NCBI GenBank assembly: GCA_028023455.1
Contig: JAQFVV010000009.1
Coordinates: forward strand, 2,170,001 to 2,234,000
Direction of reading: 5' to 3'
DNA: 64,000 nucleotides
DNA from: Epiperipatus broadwayi
Lineage: Eukaryota; Animalia; Onychophora
The translations under genes and the position numbers were made by a program. The notes under the pieces were generated by a model that saw only the letters and a program-made list of their open reading frames with translations, did not search any database and had not been told where the DNA came from. Shown in pieces: positions 38,881 to 50,330 of the stretch. The first letter of the stretch is position 1; the number at the start of each line of letters is the position of its first letter.

Positions 38881-40900
38881 AAGGTGGGTTATGGGATATT
38901 CAGTAATTGTCATTATGTGATCAATTCTGGTTGATTTTATTGAGGAAAACATAATTGATAAATATATTAAAAATAAGGAATTTGTGCAGTATTATATATA
39001 TGTAGATGACATAATTATAATGGGAAATAGTAGGAGTATCATGAATGCATTTAAAGAATTAAATGATAATAGGTATAATACTAAGTTTACTATAGAAAAA
39101 AAAGAGAAGGGATTAAAATATTTAGACTTGTATTTAAATAAAGATGTAAGGATAAAAATGTTAGAGGGTAATTGATCCTAAATCATACCAGCTATGGTAT
39201 CAAAAAATGGCAGTGTTGAAAGGTTTTAAAATTAAAAATAATAGACTCACTTTAAATAAAAAAGAGGTATATATACAAAAAATAGAAATTTAGAAAGAAT
39301 ATATTGAAATTGGTTATAATGGGAAAGTAATTAGTAAAATTTTTAAATACCAGAAATGGAAATTATATAAAAGGGAAGAATAAGAGACTAGATCGAGTTA
39401 AGCATGGATTTCAATTCGCTATTCAGCTGAAATCTAAGTTAAATGATAAAGTAAATATAGGATGGAAGAATAGTAAAGATTTAAGAAAATGGATATGCAA
39501 TGGAAAATGAATGATAGTATTGATAACAGAATAGGAATTATTTATATAATTACATGTGACAAATGCAAGGCTATATATATATAAACATTACAAACATAAA
39601 GCTAAAATAGTCAATAAATAATTAAAATTATTCAAATCCAAAACTCAAACAGACTAGCCAAGAAAATAAAATCAAAAACACAGCCAATGGTTTTACTACT
39701 ACAAGCAGACTTCTCAAGTGTAAAGAAACTACAAAACAACACCATATTTATATTGAACATTACCCACAATTCCATTTACACCCACCCTTAATATTAAAAG
39801 AACTTTTAAATAAGTTAATTGCTTAAGAAAAGAACTTTTAAATAAGTTAATTGCTTCTGAAGCAATTACCTTATTTAAAAGTTCTTTTAATATTAAGGAT
39901 GGATGAGAAGTAAATGGAATTGTACGTAATGTTTAGTAAAATATGGTGTTGTTTTGTAGTTCTTTACACTTGAGAAGTCTGCTTATAGCAGTGAAACCAT
40001 TGGTTGTGTTTTTGATTTTATTTTCTTGACTAGTCTGGTTGAGTTTTGGATTTGGGGTATAATTTTAATTATATATAGGAGAATCAGGGAAAAGTGCAAA
40101 TGAAAGAACTAAAGAACATAATAAAGCAATAAAAAGAAAAGATACTAAGTCGGGACCATATAATCATTATTTAGAAACAGGCATATAATACATTGTGAGG
40201 AAAATATAAGAGTAATAAAGTATAGTAAAAATTTTAAAGAAAGAAAATATTATGAAACATTATATATACAAGAAAACAGAAATAAATGCATTAATGTGGC
40301 CAATAGTTCAATAAAATTGCGAGGGAAATCATCACTGTTAGATAATTGGAAGCTTCAATATGTAAGAATGTATATATATGTATTGGTAACATAAGACAGG
40401 AATTGTTTGTCGGTTGATAGATAAGAGATATAAGGTAGAAAAAAATGAATGAGAGAATTATAATGGATATATATATATATTGGATATATATATATATGAT
40501 CAATGGTTTGAAAAAATTGGGAGGGAAATTACCAATGTTAGAAAATAAGATGTAATATATATGAATGTATAGGTATTGATAGTATAAAAGAGGAGTTATT
40601 TTTTTGATGATAGATAGTAGATATAAGAAAGAAAAAGTTGGATATGAAAATGTATAATGGATGTATTACGTATGTGTAAATTTATAAAAATAATATTTTT
40701 TATTTTTTCATGAATTTATTTTTAATGATGACCAGTAAAGAGTATATAAAGCTGTAGAACATTTATTATCACATGATTAATTTTAAAAAATGGCATCTTG
40801 AGAAGGTTCATTTGTGAATGAAAATTGATTTGATAATATTAAATTAAATTGCACACAAACCAGTTGTCTATTATTTTGAGTTATGTATAATTAGATTGAT
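38881..40900 (+). mobile_element. Penelope-like element (RT motifs to GIY-YIG and 3' region), interrupted by a palindromic insert
   Basis: G.MG..., YIYVDDII, KFTIEK, LKYLDL RT motifs; GIYIITCDKCKAIYI at ~39535-39583 resumes as IGESGK at ~40074. Confidence 0.85.
39584..40070. repeat. Palindromic insertion centred at 39858 with decayed hammerhead-like motifs in both arms
   Basis: Centre aattgcttc-t-gaagcaatt; arms ~39615-39857 / 39859-40072; inserted in a (TA)n run; motif ACAC UUGAGAA GU CUGCU-UAU-AGCAG U GAAA C CAUUG GUU GUGU at 39966-40009. Confidence 0.8.
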
Positions 40901-42824
40901 TAATGTATGTAGTAATAAAAAATTATTTAATTAATTAGTCTTTAAATTATAGATTAAATTATTTTTAACAATGTAATTTTTTTGCATGCCTGAGTTTGAA
41001 TAAAGAAAAAAATTTAAGAATAGGTATTACTTAAAATTTTAGATTTCCATTTGGTGGATACATTTTTAATGTTATTTATTCATGGCCTGAGGGGAGAGTT
41101 GTTTACTCCATTAATTATATATACATTGGGATATGTTAATTTAATATTTATAATTATTAATTTCTGTTTCATTATTAAAACAAAGTTATTAAAAATGAGA
41201 TTGTCACTATTCTTGTGTAATGCTGTGTTTATATCTGGCTGATACATTGAATTCATTCTCAATTTCCATCAGTATTGGCAAAAGTAAGCTTATAAACATC
41301 AAAAACTTAAAGAATAGTTGGGTCTGTTCTATTCTTGATTCTTTGTTCACTGAGATGTTATTTATAGTTTGAGGAGAGAGTTTACTTTATTAATTACACT
41401 TAATAAACTCTTTGGATTAGACAATTTCCTCAGGCTAATGAAGTTCTGACAGTACTTATACATTGTTTTCTTCAGTGAATTTGAAGTTTCTTAAAATTTC
41501 TACAATCTTGTCAGCATTAGTTTGCCAGTGTCTTAACTTAAATTAGTAACTGATTTGTTCAAAGTTATTCATCTCATTGAACAAATCACAGTGATAACTG
41601 TTTTCTTTTATACTTTCTATATAAAAATAAATAATCTATTAGATTTTATCTTTTAAAATAATATAGTATAAGTGAACAAAAAATAAATAAATTTTCCTTA
41701 TAACAATTTAAATATCATTTAAAGATTCTTTCTATTGATAATATGTATTTACAATATCATTTTATAATGTTCTAATTATTTATCAAACATGCAGGCAGTA
41801 TGTAAGAGAGACTTAAAACTTTTTCCACCTGTACCTTAAACATTTGTGTAATAGCCAAATGATGTAAAGCCTTTCTCTTTTTAATATCATGTTATGTAAT
41901 ATTTTTAATGCTGAAATTAATATTTTTTAAAAATACATACATTATATATGTACATTATTGGATTTTTTCCTATCAACAATATTTCGTTAATCTGTACTCT
42001 TGCAATAAATTTAATCTATACTATTGGATTTCTTATTGTCAACATATTTGTTTTAACTATGCTTATATACATAAATACATTAGCTTTATAGATAGACACC
42101 TTATAAAAATGGCCTGGATAACATATATATGGCAAATGCTATGGCCTTCAACTAACATGTAATTATCACTTTATTTGAACTTTATGGTCTATGATGCTTA
42201 ATGAGCTGCATAATTTAACATAGAGAGCCAATGGCATGCATCTTGGCAAAGCTACAATTTCTTACTAGCATGGAGTTTTGCTAACAGCATAACTATTCTT
42301 GAATTTGCATCTTTCTGATTTAATATCTGCCTTAGTATTTATAGCTAATACTAATGAGTGTTCAGACAGATAATCAGGAAGATTAAATTTAGGTATTTTT
42401 AATTAATAAAAATTACTGATAATTTTCTAAAATATAATTCGTTTTTTCTCATTAAACATAAGTATACATCCTTTTAATTTACAGATTAATAATTTTTTAA
42501 TCAAATTTTTTAAAATCATCTTTTAATACAAAATATATCTAACTAAATTTATTTTTGTAATTATATGAACATTACATCAAAACAATATTTTTTTCTTCTT
42601 TTGTAACAGCATGAATAATTCAATCTTATTTTTGTCAGAATCATAAATAAACAATCCATTTACCAGTATATACTTTTTATTTAATTATAAATAATTTATT
42701 TTAAAATATTAAGATTATTATTATAGGGTATATGAGCACAGACTTTCACACCACCCACCTCTCTCCAATCTATCTAATAACACTGATACATCTAAACACA
42801 TATATGCTGAAAAGATAAATAATC

Positions 42825-42868
42825 ACCAATATACGTATTTCATGCTAAACCAGCAATCATCAGTTGGT
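42825..42868 (-). ncRNA. Minimal type I hammerhead ribozyme motif
   Basis: ACCAA CUGAUGA U-UGCU-GGUUU-AGCA-U GAAA UACGUA UA UUGGU: stem I ACCAA/UUGGU, intact core, palindromic stem III AUACGUAU; U.U instead of the usual G-C at the base of stem II. Confidence 0.75.
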
Positions 42869-43134
42869 CCAGACTATCATCTTTACACACATATATAGTA
42901 GAAGTGCTCAGATATATATTAAGATAGACTATCCTCATAGTTTAATGGACAGGCTTCAATCCACTCCACACTCCAACTCTTCAACCGTCCATCCAATTGA
43001 AAATCTGATGATGGACGGTTGAAGAGTTGGAGTGTGGAGTGGATTGAAGCCTGTCCATTAAACTATGAGGATAGTCTATCTTAATATATATCTGAGCACT
43101 TCTACTATATATGTGTGTAAAGATGATAGTCTGG

Positions 43135-43178
43135 ACCAACTGATGATTGCTGGTTTAGCATGAAATACATATATTGGT
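43135..43178 (+). ncRNA. Minimal type I hammerhead motif, stem III mutated copy
   Basis: Mirror of 42825-42868 except G to A at 43169, which breaks the UACGUA palindrome. Confidence 0.65.
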
Positions 43179-44432
43179 GATTATTTATCTTTTCAGCATA
43201 TATGTGTTTAGGTGTATCAGTGTTATTAGATAGATTGGAGAGAGGTGGGTGGTGTGAAAGTCTGTGCTCATATACCCTATATTACATATATATAGCCACA
43301 GGTATATAACAAGCCTGTGTTTCAGTTATTAAGATTATTATTATTATTCAATTAATATTTGAGTCATTCTAGACTTTATATCAATATTTATATACATAAC
43401 TTGTACATGTACATTTTGTTGTTCCTTTATATCAGTGCTAAGTATATATGTAGATATATATTCTTAGTGAGTATGAGATATTTCCATCTCAATATATAAA
43501 TGTTTGCAAAAAAATCACACTTCTCATAATGTACTTTTTACAATGCTTTGTTTAATTTGATGGTTTGAGTGGCTAGCACTCTTCTTCAGATCTAAAAAAC
43601 ACAATTATATAAAGATAATTATAATACAATTGTTTTTTTTTCCAAACTAATAGAAGTGGAAGGTCTGTTTATCTTAAAAGGATATAAAAGTTTTATATAA
43701 TAAAATTTAGCCTAATGTTGACAATGATGCAATGCATCAAATGCCAGACTTAACAATTTTTAAATATTAATCTATAACAATTATTAATATTCACATATTC
43801 TTGAAAAATAGAAAATGTATTCATATGTATGTACATAAGATGTTAGAATAAGGATTTAGAAATGTCAAGATGCAAATTCTCTTCAGCGCTGATTGCAATA
43901 TTCCAGTAATTATTAAAGTTGACTTCAGCAGAAAAATTTGTATATATACATAATTGGTGAAACTTCACTATCTTTATATGTGATAAATCTCCCAAATATA
44001 TATATAAACAGAGTAAAACTTGTTAAATGTAGGTATTACTTGAGCCAAATACATTTTTAATGTGGTACTCCATAATCACAATGCAACAATTGATTTTACT
44101 TTGTCATTGCCTATACATACTTGGACATAGTTTATTATATATATAAATGGATTAAAAAAATAATTTTAAAGTGCCTAAAATTTTGACTAAGTATATTTAC
44201 ATTTGTGTGTGGACTGTATAAATTCACAAAAATTATTTTTTTGCTTCACCATCATCTCTTCAGATTTTTTTCATTTTTTTTTTTTTTGCATGTAAATATT
44301 TTTGCATGAACATGTATCCTTGTAGTTGGTAGTTTTTGTTTTGCTTTGTCAATTTTGCTTGTTATGTAAATTATAATAATTTTTATCTGGAACTTGAGCT
44401 GCTTGCTAACTTTCCTTATGGCCCATTTATAG

Positions 44433-44606
44433 GCTGCCTGGATGGCTCGCAGCTCAAGTTGCAGTGTCATTCGTGAGTATCCTATCTTATATCGAGCTGG
44501 TGATCGCAAAGGAGAAAATGAAGTGGTCCAGTTTCTTCAATGTGATCGCATCCACTACACAGTCCTTAATGATAGTATGGAATCATTCCCAAGTGAACTA
44601 TATTGA
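44433..44606 (+). CDS. Terminal coding exon of the GPCR (cytoplasmic tail): AAWMARSSSCSVIREYPILYRAGDRKGENEVVQFLQCDRIHYTVLNDSMESFPSELY*
   Basis: Pyrimidine tract and ttatAG acceptor; phase 0 matches the 14606 donor; 57 open codons in a GC/CpG-rich patch ending in TGA. Confidence 0.8.
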   Translation, partial: AAWMARSSSCSVIREYPILYRAGDRKGENEVVQFLQCDRIHYTVLNDSMESFPSELY

Positions 44607-45234
44607 TAAGTTGATAGATTAACTTGAAACGATATTGATCACCTGATATTTTTGTCTTTATTAATAGTAATTGTAGTTACATTTTTGTTACTTTGTAAAA
44701 TAATTTCAGATACTATATTTATAGTTATTTTATTATTTTAAAAATAGTTAACAGAATCAGATTGGCACATTTAGTTTAATATCATCAATTTACTATCTGT
44801 ATTAGTCATCTAATAAATTTTATACTTAAGTTCCAAGACACTTTGTTATCTTACTTAGAATTTCAAAAACCACTGTTCAAAAATTCATTAATCAAATAAT
44901 TTTCTGGTTGAAAGAAATCTTTTGATTTTTATTATTGTTATGATGTTTTCTATCATAGTGACTTGAAGAAATGAAAAAACACAAATTAATTTAACTATTT
45001 TACTATAACTTTAATTGTTAATAAATTGAAATTCTTCATACACCATACTTTTTCAATTACAATATTCATTAATTATGCTTCTGATTTAACAAGTTTAAAT
45101 TTCATAATTCATAATCTTTGTGATTAGAAATATGTATAATTATAAACATATTTAAAATGAATAGTATTTCATATTTCTTATTCTTTTGTTTAATTTAAAA
45201 AAAAAAAGCAATTCTTATGGATTCCATTTTTTTT

Positions 45235-46778
45235 ATCATCATCAACCATTATCAATCCACTGCAGGATGAAGGTCTCCCCAAGTTCAATCCATCTTCTCC
45301 GATTTTTAGCTTCTCTTCTCCACATCACCCCTGCACACTTTCTTATTTCATCCACCCATCTCACATATATCCAGCCCAATTCCACTTCAGTCTTTTAATT
45401 TTTTTCAATGAGGTCAGTAACACCTGTTTGTTCTCTTACCCATACATTGCATTTTCGATCTCTTCTTGTTACTCCCAACATGCATCTCTCCATACCTCTT
45501 TGAGTGGTCTGAAGTCTTTGTATTGCTCTTCTATTAAGTGTCCAAGACTCAGATCCATAAGTAAGAACTGGTAAAACACATTTATTAAAAACCTTTCTTT
45601 TCAAACACATAGGCATATTTCCTTTTAGTATCAAGTTATTTCTACCAAAAGCACTCCAACCAAGTTTAATTCTATGATTAATTTCATCCATTATGTTTCC
45701 ATCTGGATTAATAATCTGACCAAGGTATTTGTAACTTCTTCTAACTCATCACAATTAATCTTTGTTTTCATATTTTGAGAAAATCCATTAAACATTACTT
45801 TAGTCTTTTTAACATTTATCTTTAGTCCTACTTTTCTACTTTCATCTGATAACTCCTGCAACATTTCCTGCAGCTCTAAAGCATTATTTCTAGAAACAAC
45901 TACATCATCTGCAAAATCTAAATGACTTAAATAATCTCCATTTACTTTCACTCCTTTAGCTTCCCATTTTAATCCACAAAATATTTCTTGCAGCACTGCT
46001 GTAAAAAGTTTTGGAGATATGGAGTTCCCTGTCTTACACCCTTCTCAATGTTGACTTTGCTAGTATCATTATGTAATCTAATTGTTGCTATTGCATTTTT
46101 ATAAATATTCTTTAAAATATGACAATATCCTGGATCTATATCTTGATGATCCAATGTTTTAATCACTGAAGAAATGTTTATAGAATCAAATGCCTTTTCA
46201 TAATTTACAAATCCAAAGCATAATGGCAACTCATGTTCATTTGTCCTTTCTATAACTTCTCTCAATACCTGGATATGATCTACTGTGCTAAAACCACTTT
46301 TAAATCCAGCTTCTTCTCTTGGTTGGTGGAAATCCAATGTTCTCTGTAGACAAGTTGTAATTATCTTGGAAATTTTTTTGTATAAAACTGATAAAAGGCT
46401 GATAGGTCTGTAATTTCTAATATCTTCTTTATCACCTTTTTTAAATATTAATATTAATACTGCATTCTTCCAATCATCTGGTACATCTTTATCATTTAGA
46501 CATTTGGTATATAACTTTGCTAAAAAAAATATATTTCTTCACTTGCTTCTTTTAATATATCAATTATAATTCCATCATTACCTGGAGCTTTTCCTTTCTT
46601 CATACATTTAATTGCATGTCTCACTTCTTCATTTAATATTCTAGGCAATTCGGAAGATGTAATAGATATAGAAGGTACTTGTTCTTTATTACTATATAAT
46701 TCTTGATAAAAGTCTTCTTTTTAGTAATAATTCCATCTTTTTTTCTTATTGCATATATAAATTTCCTACCAATACCAA
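45235..46778 (-). mobile_element. 5'-truncated RTE LINE (RT domain and 3' end)
   Basis: QPREEAGFKSGFSTVDHI, FVNYEKAFDS, KGVRQG, HLDFADD, LTYGSESWT, ERCMLGVTRRDR; (GAT)n tail; frameshifted. Confidence 0.95.
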
Positions 46779-47646
46779 CTATATTGACAGGATACGTTTC
46801 AGAGAAGCTTGATTACAGGCTTATATCTAATTGATTTGTTAATATATCAAATCAAAATATATATGCATCATTGAATACAAGAAGGCATATTGACAATGCT
46901 AACTTATGGTTGGATTATGAAGAAAGATTGGTAAAAACAGAACTGAGTTCCAGGAAGCTTTGAATCAATTCCAACTGTAGGTTATTACCATACTCTGGTA
47001 GTGGCATTAGTTAAAGATAATACTATGTTATGTTCAGCAATGACTCACAATTTATCACAATGATAATATCCATTGAGTCTAGCACTAATGTGGACACAAG
47101 ATAGATTTAATTGTTATTATTTATCCGTACACAATTTCTCTGAGTATTCTTGTTTTAATATCATTAATTATGATAACTAGTTAAAATAGATTAATAAATA
47201 GATGATACATTAATACTATTAGGTTTTTTTTTAAGTGTTAAAAAAAGACTTTTCCAATCAGATAAACATTTCATATATCATTGCAATCTCATAGCAGTGT
47301 CTATGAATATATCATATTCTTTAGTTTGCCAGCACAACATTATAATCTCACAACAATGATACTTTCTTGGCCCGTTCAATATTTAGAACTCACAACAATG
47401 AATCATATTTGGAACTTTTTGGGTAATGATATTCTATAGTATTGCATACTGAGTTTTTACAAACACTATATTGCATCAAATCTCTGATTATATTATAGTC
47501 ATGATGGTTATATAAATTGGTATTTTTTAATGTGTCAAAGCATCGGCCGGGAAGCGAACGCTGGGATTTGTTATAACTGCTTGTGCTTTCTTGAGAATCT
47601 AATTATTGTCTTGCTTTGAAAATTAATAGACATGGTATTTACTTAC

Positions 47647-47722
47647 TGTACAATATGACAATATCGCTAGTCTCCCTTGCATCATTTTCAATTAATATAT
47701 GTAAAGATTGAATAGTGATATT
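47647..47722 (-). CDS. Candidate exon of an uncharacterised minus-strand gene: NITIQSLHILIENDARETSDIVILY
   Basis: cAG acceptor, A|GTAAGT donor, open frame; no homology recognised. Confidence 0.35.
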
Positions 47723-50059
47723 CTGAAGCTATTATTTGAAAATTTCTCATATTGAATACTTTTAGAACAGACATTTTTGTAAGACTTATTTATGATAAAG
47801 ATGGATTGCTAAAAAATCAAGACAGACATGTTTATGCATTTGCTATGCAAATACCTATAATACTTATTAATTTTCAACTGAGTACAACAAATGAAAGGAA
47901 AAATTTTGCAATTCTATCATTTATCCTCTAAATAAATGACAATAGAAAAACAAAGCAAAATTACAGTCTTTTGATATTCAGTCATTTATACATCTGTCAT
48001 CATGATGTAGTAGATATACATATGACCATAATTTATATAGAAAAACTCATTTATAAAAAAAAAAAGCTGAATTGTTCAAAAATCATATCAGCTTATCCTT
48101 AAATGTTTATTCTCAAAACAAATGTCACCCTAAAAATAATGAATATTCATTTCTTTTACATTATCATGTATGTCCAAAAATCTAAATTTGAGAACAGTAT
48201 CAGCATTCTAATAAAAGATGACCATTTTTATTATCATATTATGCAAAAAAAATTCTAATCAAATTAATGTAAGTCATGAATTTATTTTTTCTTTAATTTT
48301 TTAATAAATATTCATTAATAAATTACATTAATGACTTGTTTGATTTTGTTCAATTAATATTGTTTAAAGTTTTTTTTTTTTTTAGTTAGATTTTTAAAGC
48401 ACAAATACAGGAATATTTTTAAAGCATTTTTTCTATTTGCCATTATAATTATTTGAGTGTTTTTATTAAAATTCATAAAAAAGAACCAAGAACCAAAAGT
48501 TGTGGATTGTAATATTCAACATTTATATATATATATATTTCAGGATGAAAATATAGATAGTAAATTGTCTATTACCAAATGTGCTGCATCTGATAAATAA
48601 TCTATATGTAATTTTTATACATATTTATTTATTTATATTAATAGAATTATTATATTTTTTATAAAATACTTAATTTTTATTTGAAACATTTTCAGTTATT
48701 TTAAATAAAAAGTTATTTTATTTTTTTTAATTATGAATCATAAGAACAAAAATGTATGTCAGAAACTTTAAAAAATGTTTATTAAAATTTTATTCAGAAA
48801 GCATTTATGTATTAAGGGATCAAATTTTTAAATGTAATTTTGAAATAAATTGTATATTTGAATTGTCTTTCAGTGATTACATAAAACTTCTTGTGCAGTA
48901 TAATTATTTGTAGTATTACAAAATCATAAATGCCTTGAAACAAAACAAACAATGTTAATATTGATGGCCATTGTTCAAAATATCGAAGAAGTTCGTAAGT
49001 GTTCATATTTTTCACTTCTGTTTTAGAGACATAACTTATGATCAGGAAAATAATAATAATAAAAAGGAATAGTAACTACATTATCTCTGTCACTGAAATG
49101 ATGAATTAAAGGTAATACTGTATAGCTGAAGGAAAACATTGAAAATATTAAATATAATCTTAATGCATTCTCAATGATGATGTTGTGGTCATAAGCAATT
49201 GTCATTGCTATTATTTTAAATATTAAAATTGCCATTGATGATGATGATTCACATTAAAAACACAGTACAATATATTAATGTATTTAATGTTTTCCTCAAA
49301 ATATCTGGTATTATTCATTGCTTTTAATTTATTAAAAGGAATAATAAATTTCAATTTTGTAGAATTTAGCTTTTACAATTTTCTTCATTTTATTTGTTTT
49401 TATTTTAGATAATTAGCATTTAAAAAAGTATTACATTCCATTTATATAAAAAATAAGTGCTCTGTCTAAAACAAGAATGAGACTTTTTTTTTTATTCAGA
49501 GTGAGACTTCAACGATTCTATAATCCGCATTATGTGAAAAATTATTTCTGATTTAATATTTTGAATATTGGCCAATTATAAATTTTTGCTCAAGATTTAT
49601 GTTATGTATATGTCTATAAATATCTATGTATGGTATTGCAAATTCTTTAGTTTGAATTAAAAAATGCTTGTAATATTTTGAAATTTTTAATACTTGAGTT
49701 AAAAGGGAAAAAAAACAGTTTTTGCTTTATTTTAGCTTTCCTTTATTATTATTATTATTTTAATTTTTTATAATTAATTATTTTGTGTGGGTTTTTTTTT
49801 CCTAATTGAATCATCTTTAAAAATTTTATTGCAAAGAAACCATTTATATACTAAGAATTTGTCATTTATATATAATGTTTTTAAAGTAACTTCAATTATT
49901 AAATTAACTTTTAACTTTGATAGATTTTAATGAAACTTGCTTTAATCAAAGGAAGATTTATCGTCACTTATAAATGATTGCATTACTTATGTAATGAATT
50001 AATTGTCATGGCTTGAAGATTTACAGTTTGATTTGATTTATAATCTCATTTGGTTATCT

Positions 50060-50330
50060 TGGCAAAAAAAAAAGAAAGTTCACATAGCCAAACCAGGACA
50101 ACTTTTTATTTAAGACTATTTTACCTTTTATCTTCCAATCAGTGTTCATGTTGAATCATAGTGCGACCTGATGTGATGCATCATGGCTTCTTTTTTAGCA
50201 TAATGAGCAACAGCTCCATCTGGTGTAAAGTTGAACTTATTAATGTTATTCTGTTGCCATGGTCTCTTCAAATTCTAAAAGGGTGACATTCTACTTATTG
50301 TCCCTTAATATTTTTATATGTCCCATTGTA
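50060..50330 (-). mobile_element. Tc1/mariner transposase remnant
   Basis: NFTPDGAVAHYA (QQDGAPAH-like), a downstream IGR and SPGLAM (SPDLNP-like) in the expected order. Confidence 0.5.

Larger units (their letters stand above)
42724..43326. mobile_element. Young fold-back hammerhead retroposon, family B (272-bp arms, 17-bp TSD)
   Basis: Arms 42722-42993 / 43010-43281 with 2 mismatches; 16-nt spacer; 45-nt extra tail at 43282-43326; direct repeat tattaagattattatta at 42707-42723 and 43327-43343. Confidence 0.9.

Noticed and set aside
37829-40503. Hydrophobic ORFs 37829-38152 and 40291-40503
   Set aside because: Antisense frames of the AT-rich 3' regions of the Penelope pair; low-complexity artefacts.
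44252-44509. Minus-strand 85-aa ORF in the track
   Set aside because: Antisense shadow of the plus-strand terminal GPCR exon, which has the splice site and matching phase.
46780-46830. Minus-strand GAAAC...GTC motif
   Set aside because: The upstream CUGANGA core is absent.
48995-49026. GTAAGT...TTTTAG 32-nt apparent intron on the plus strand
   Set aside because: Too short for a typical animal intron, and flanking frames do not join into an ORF.
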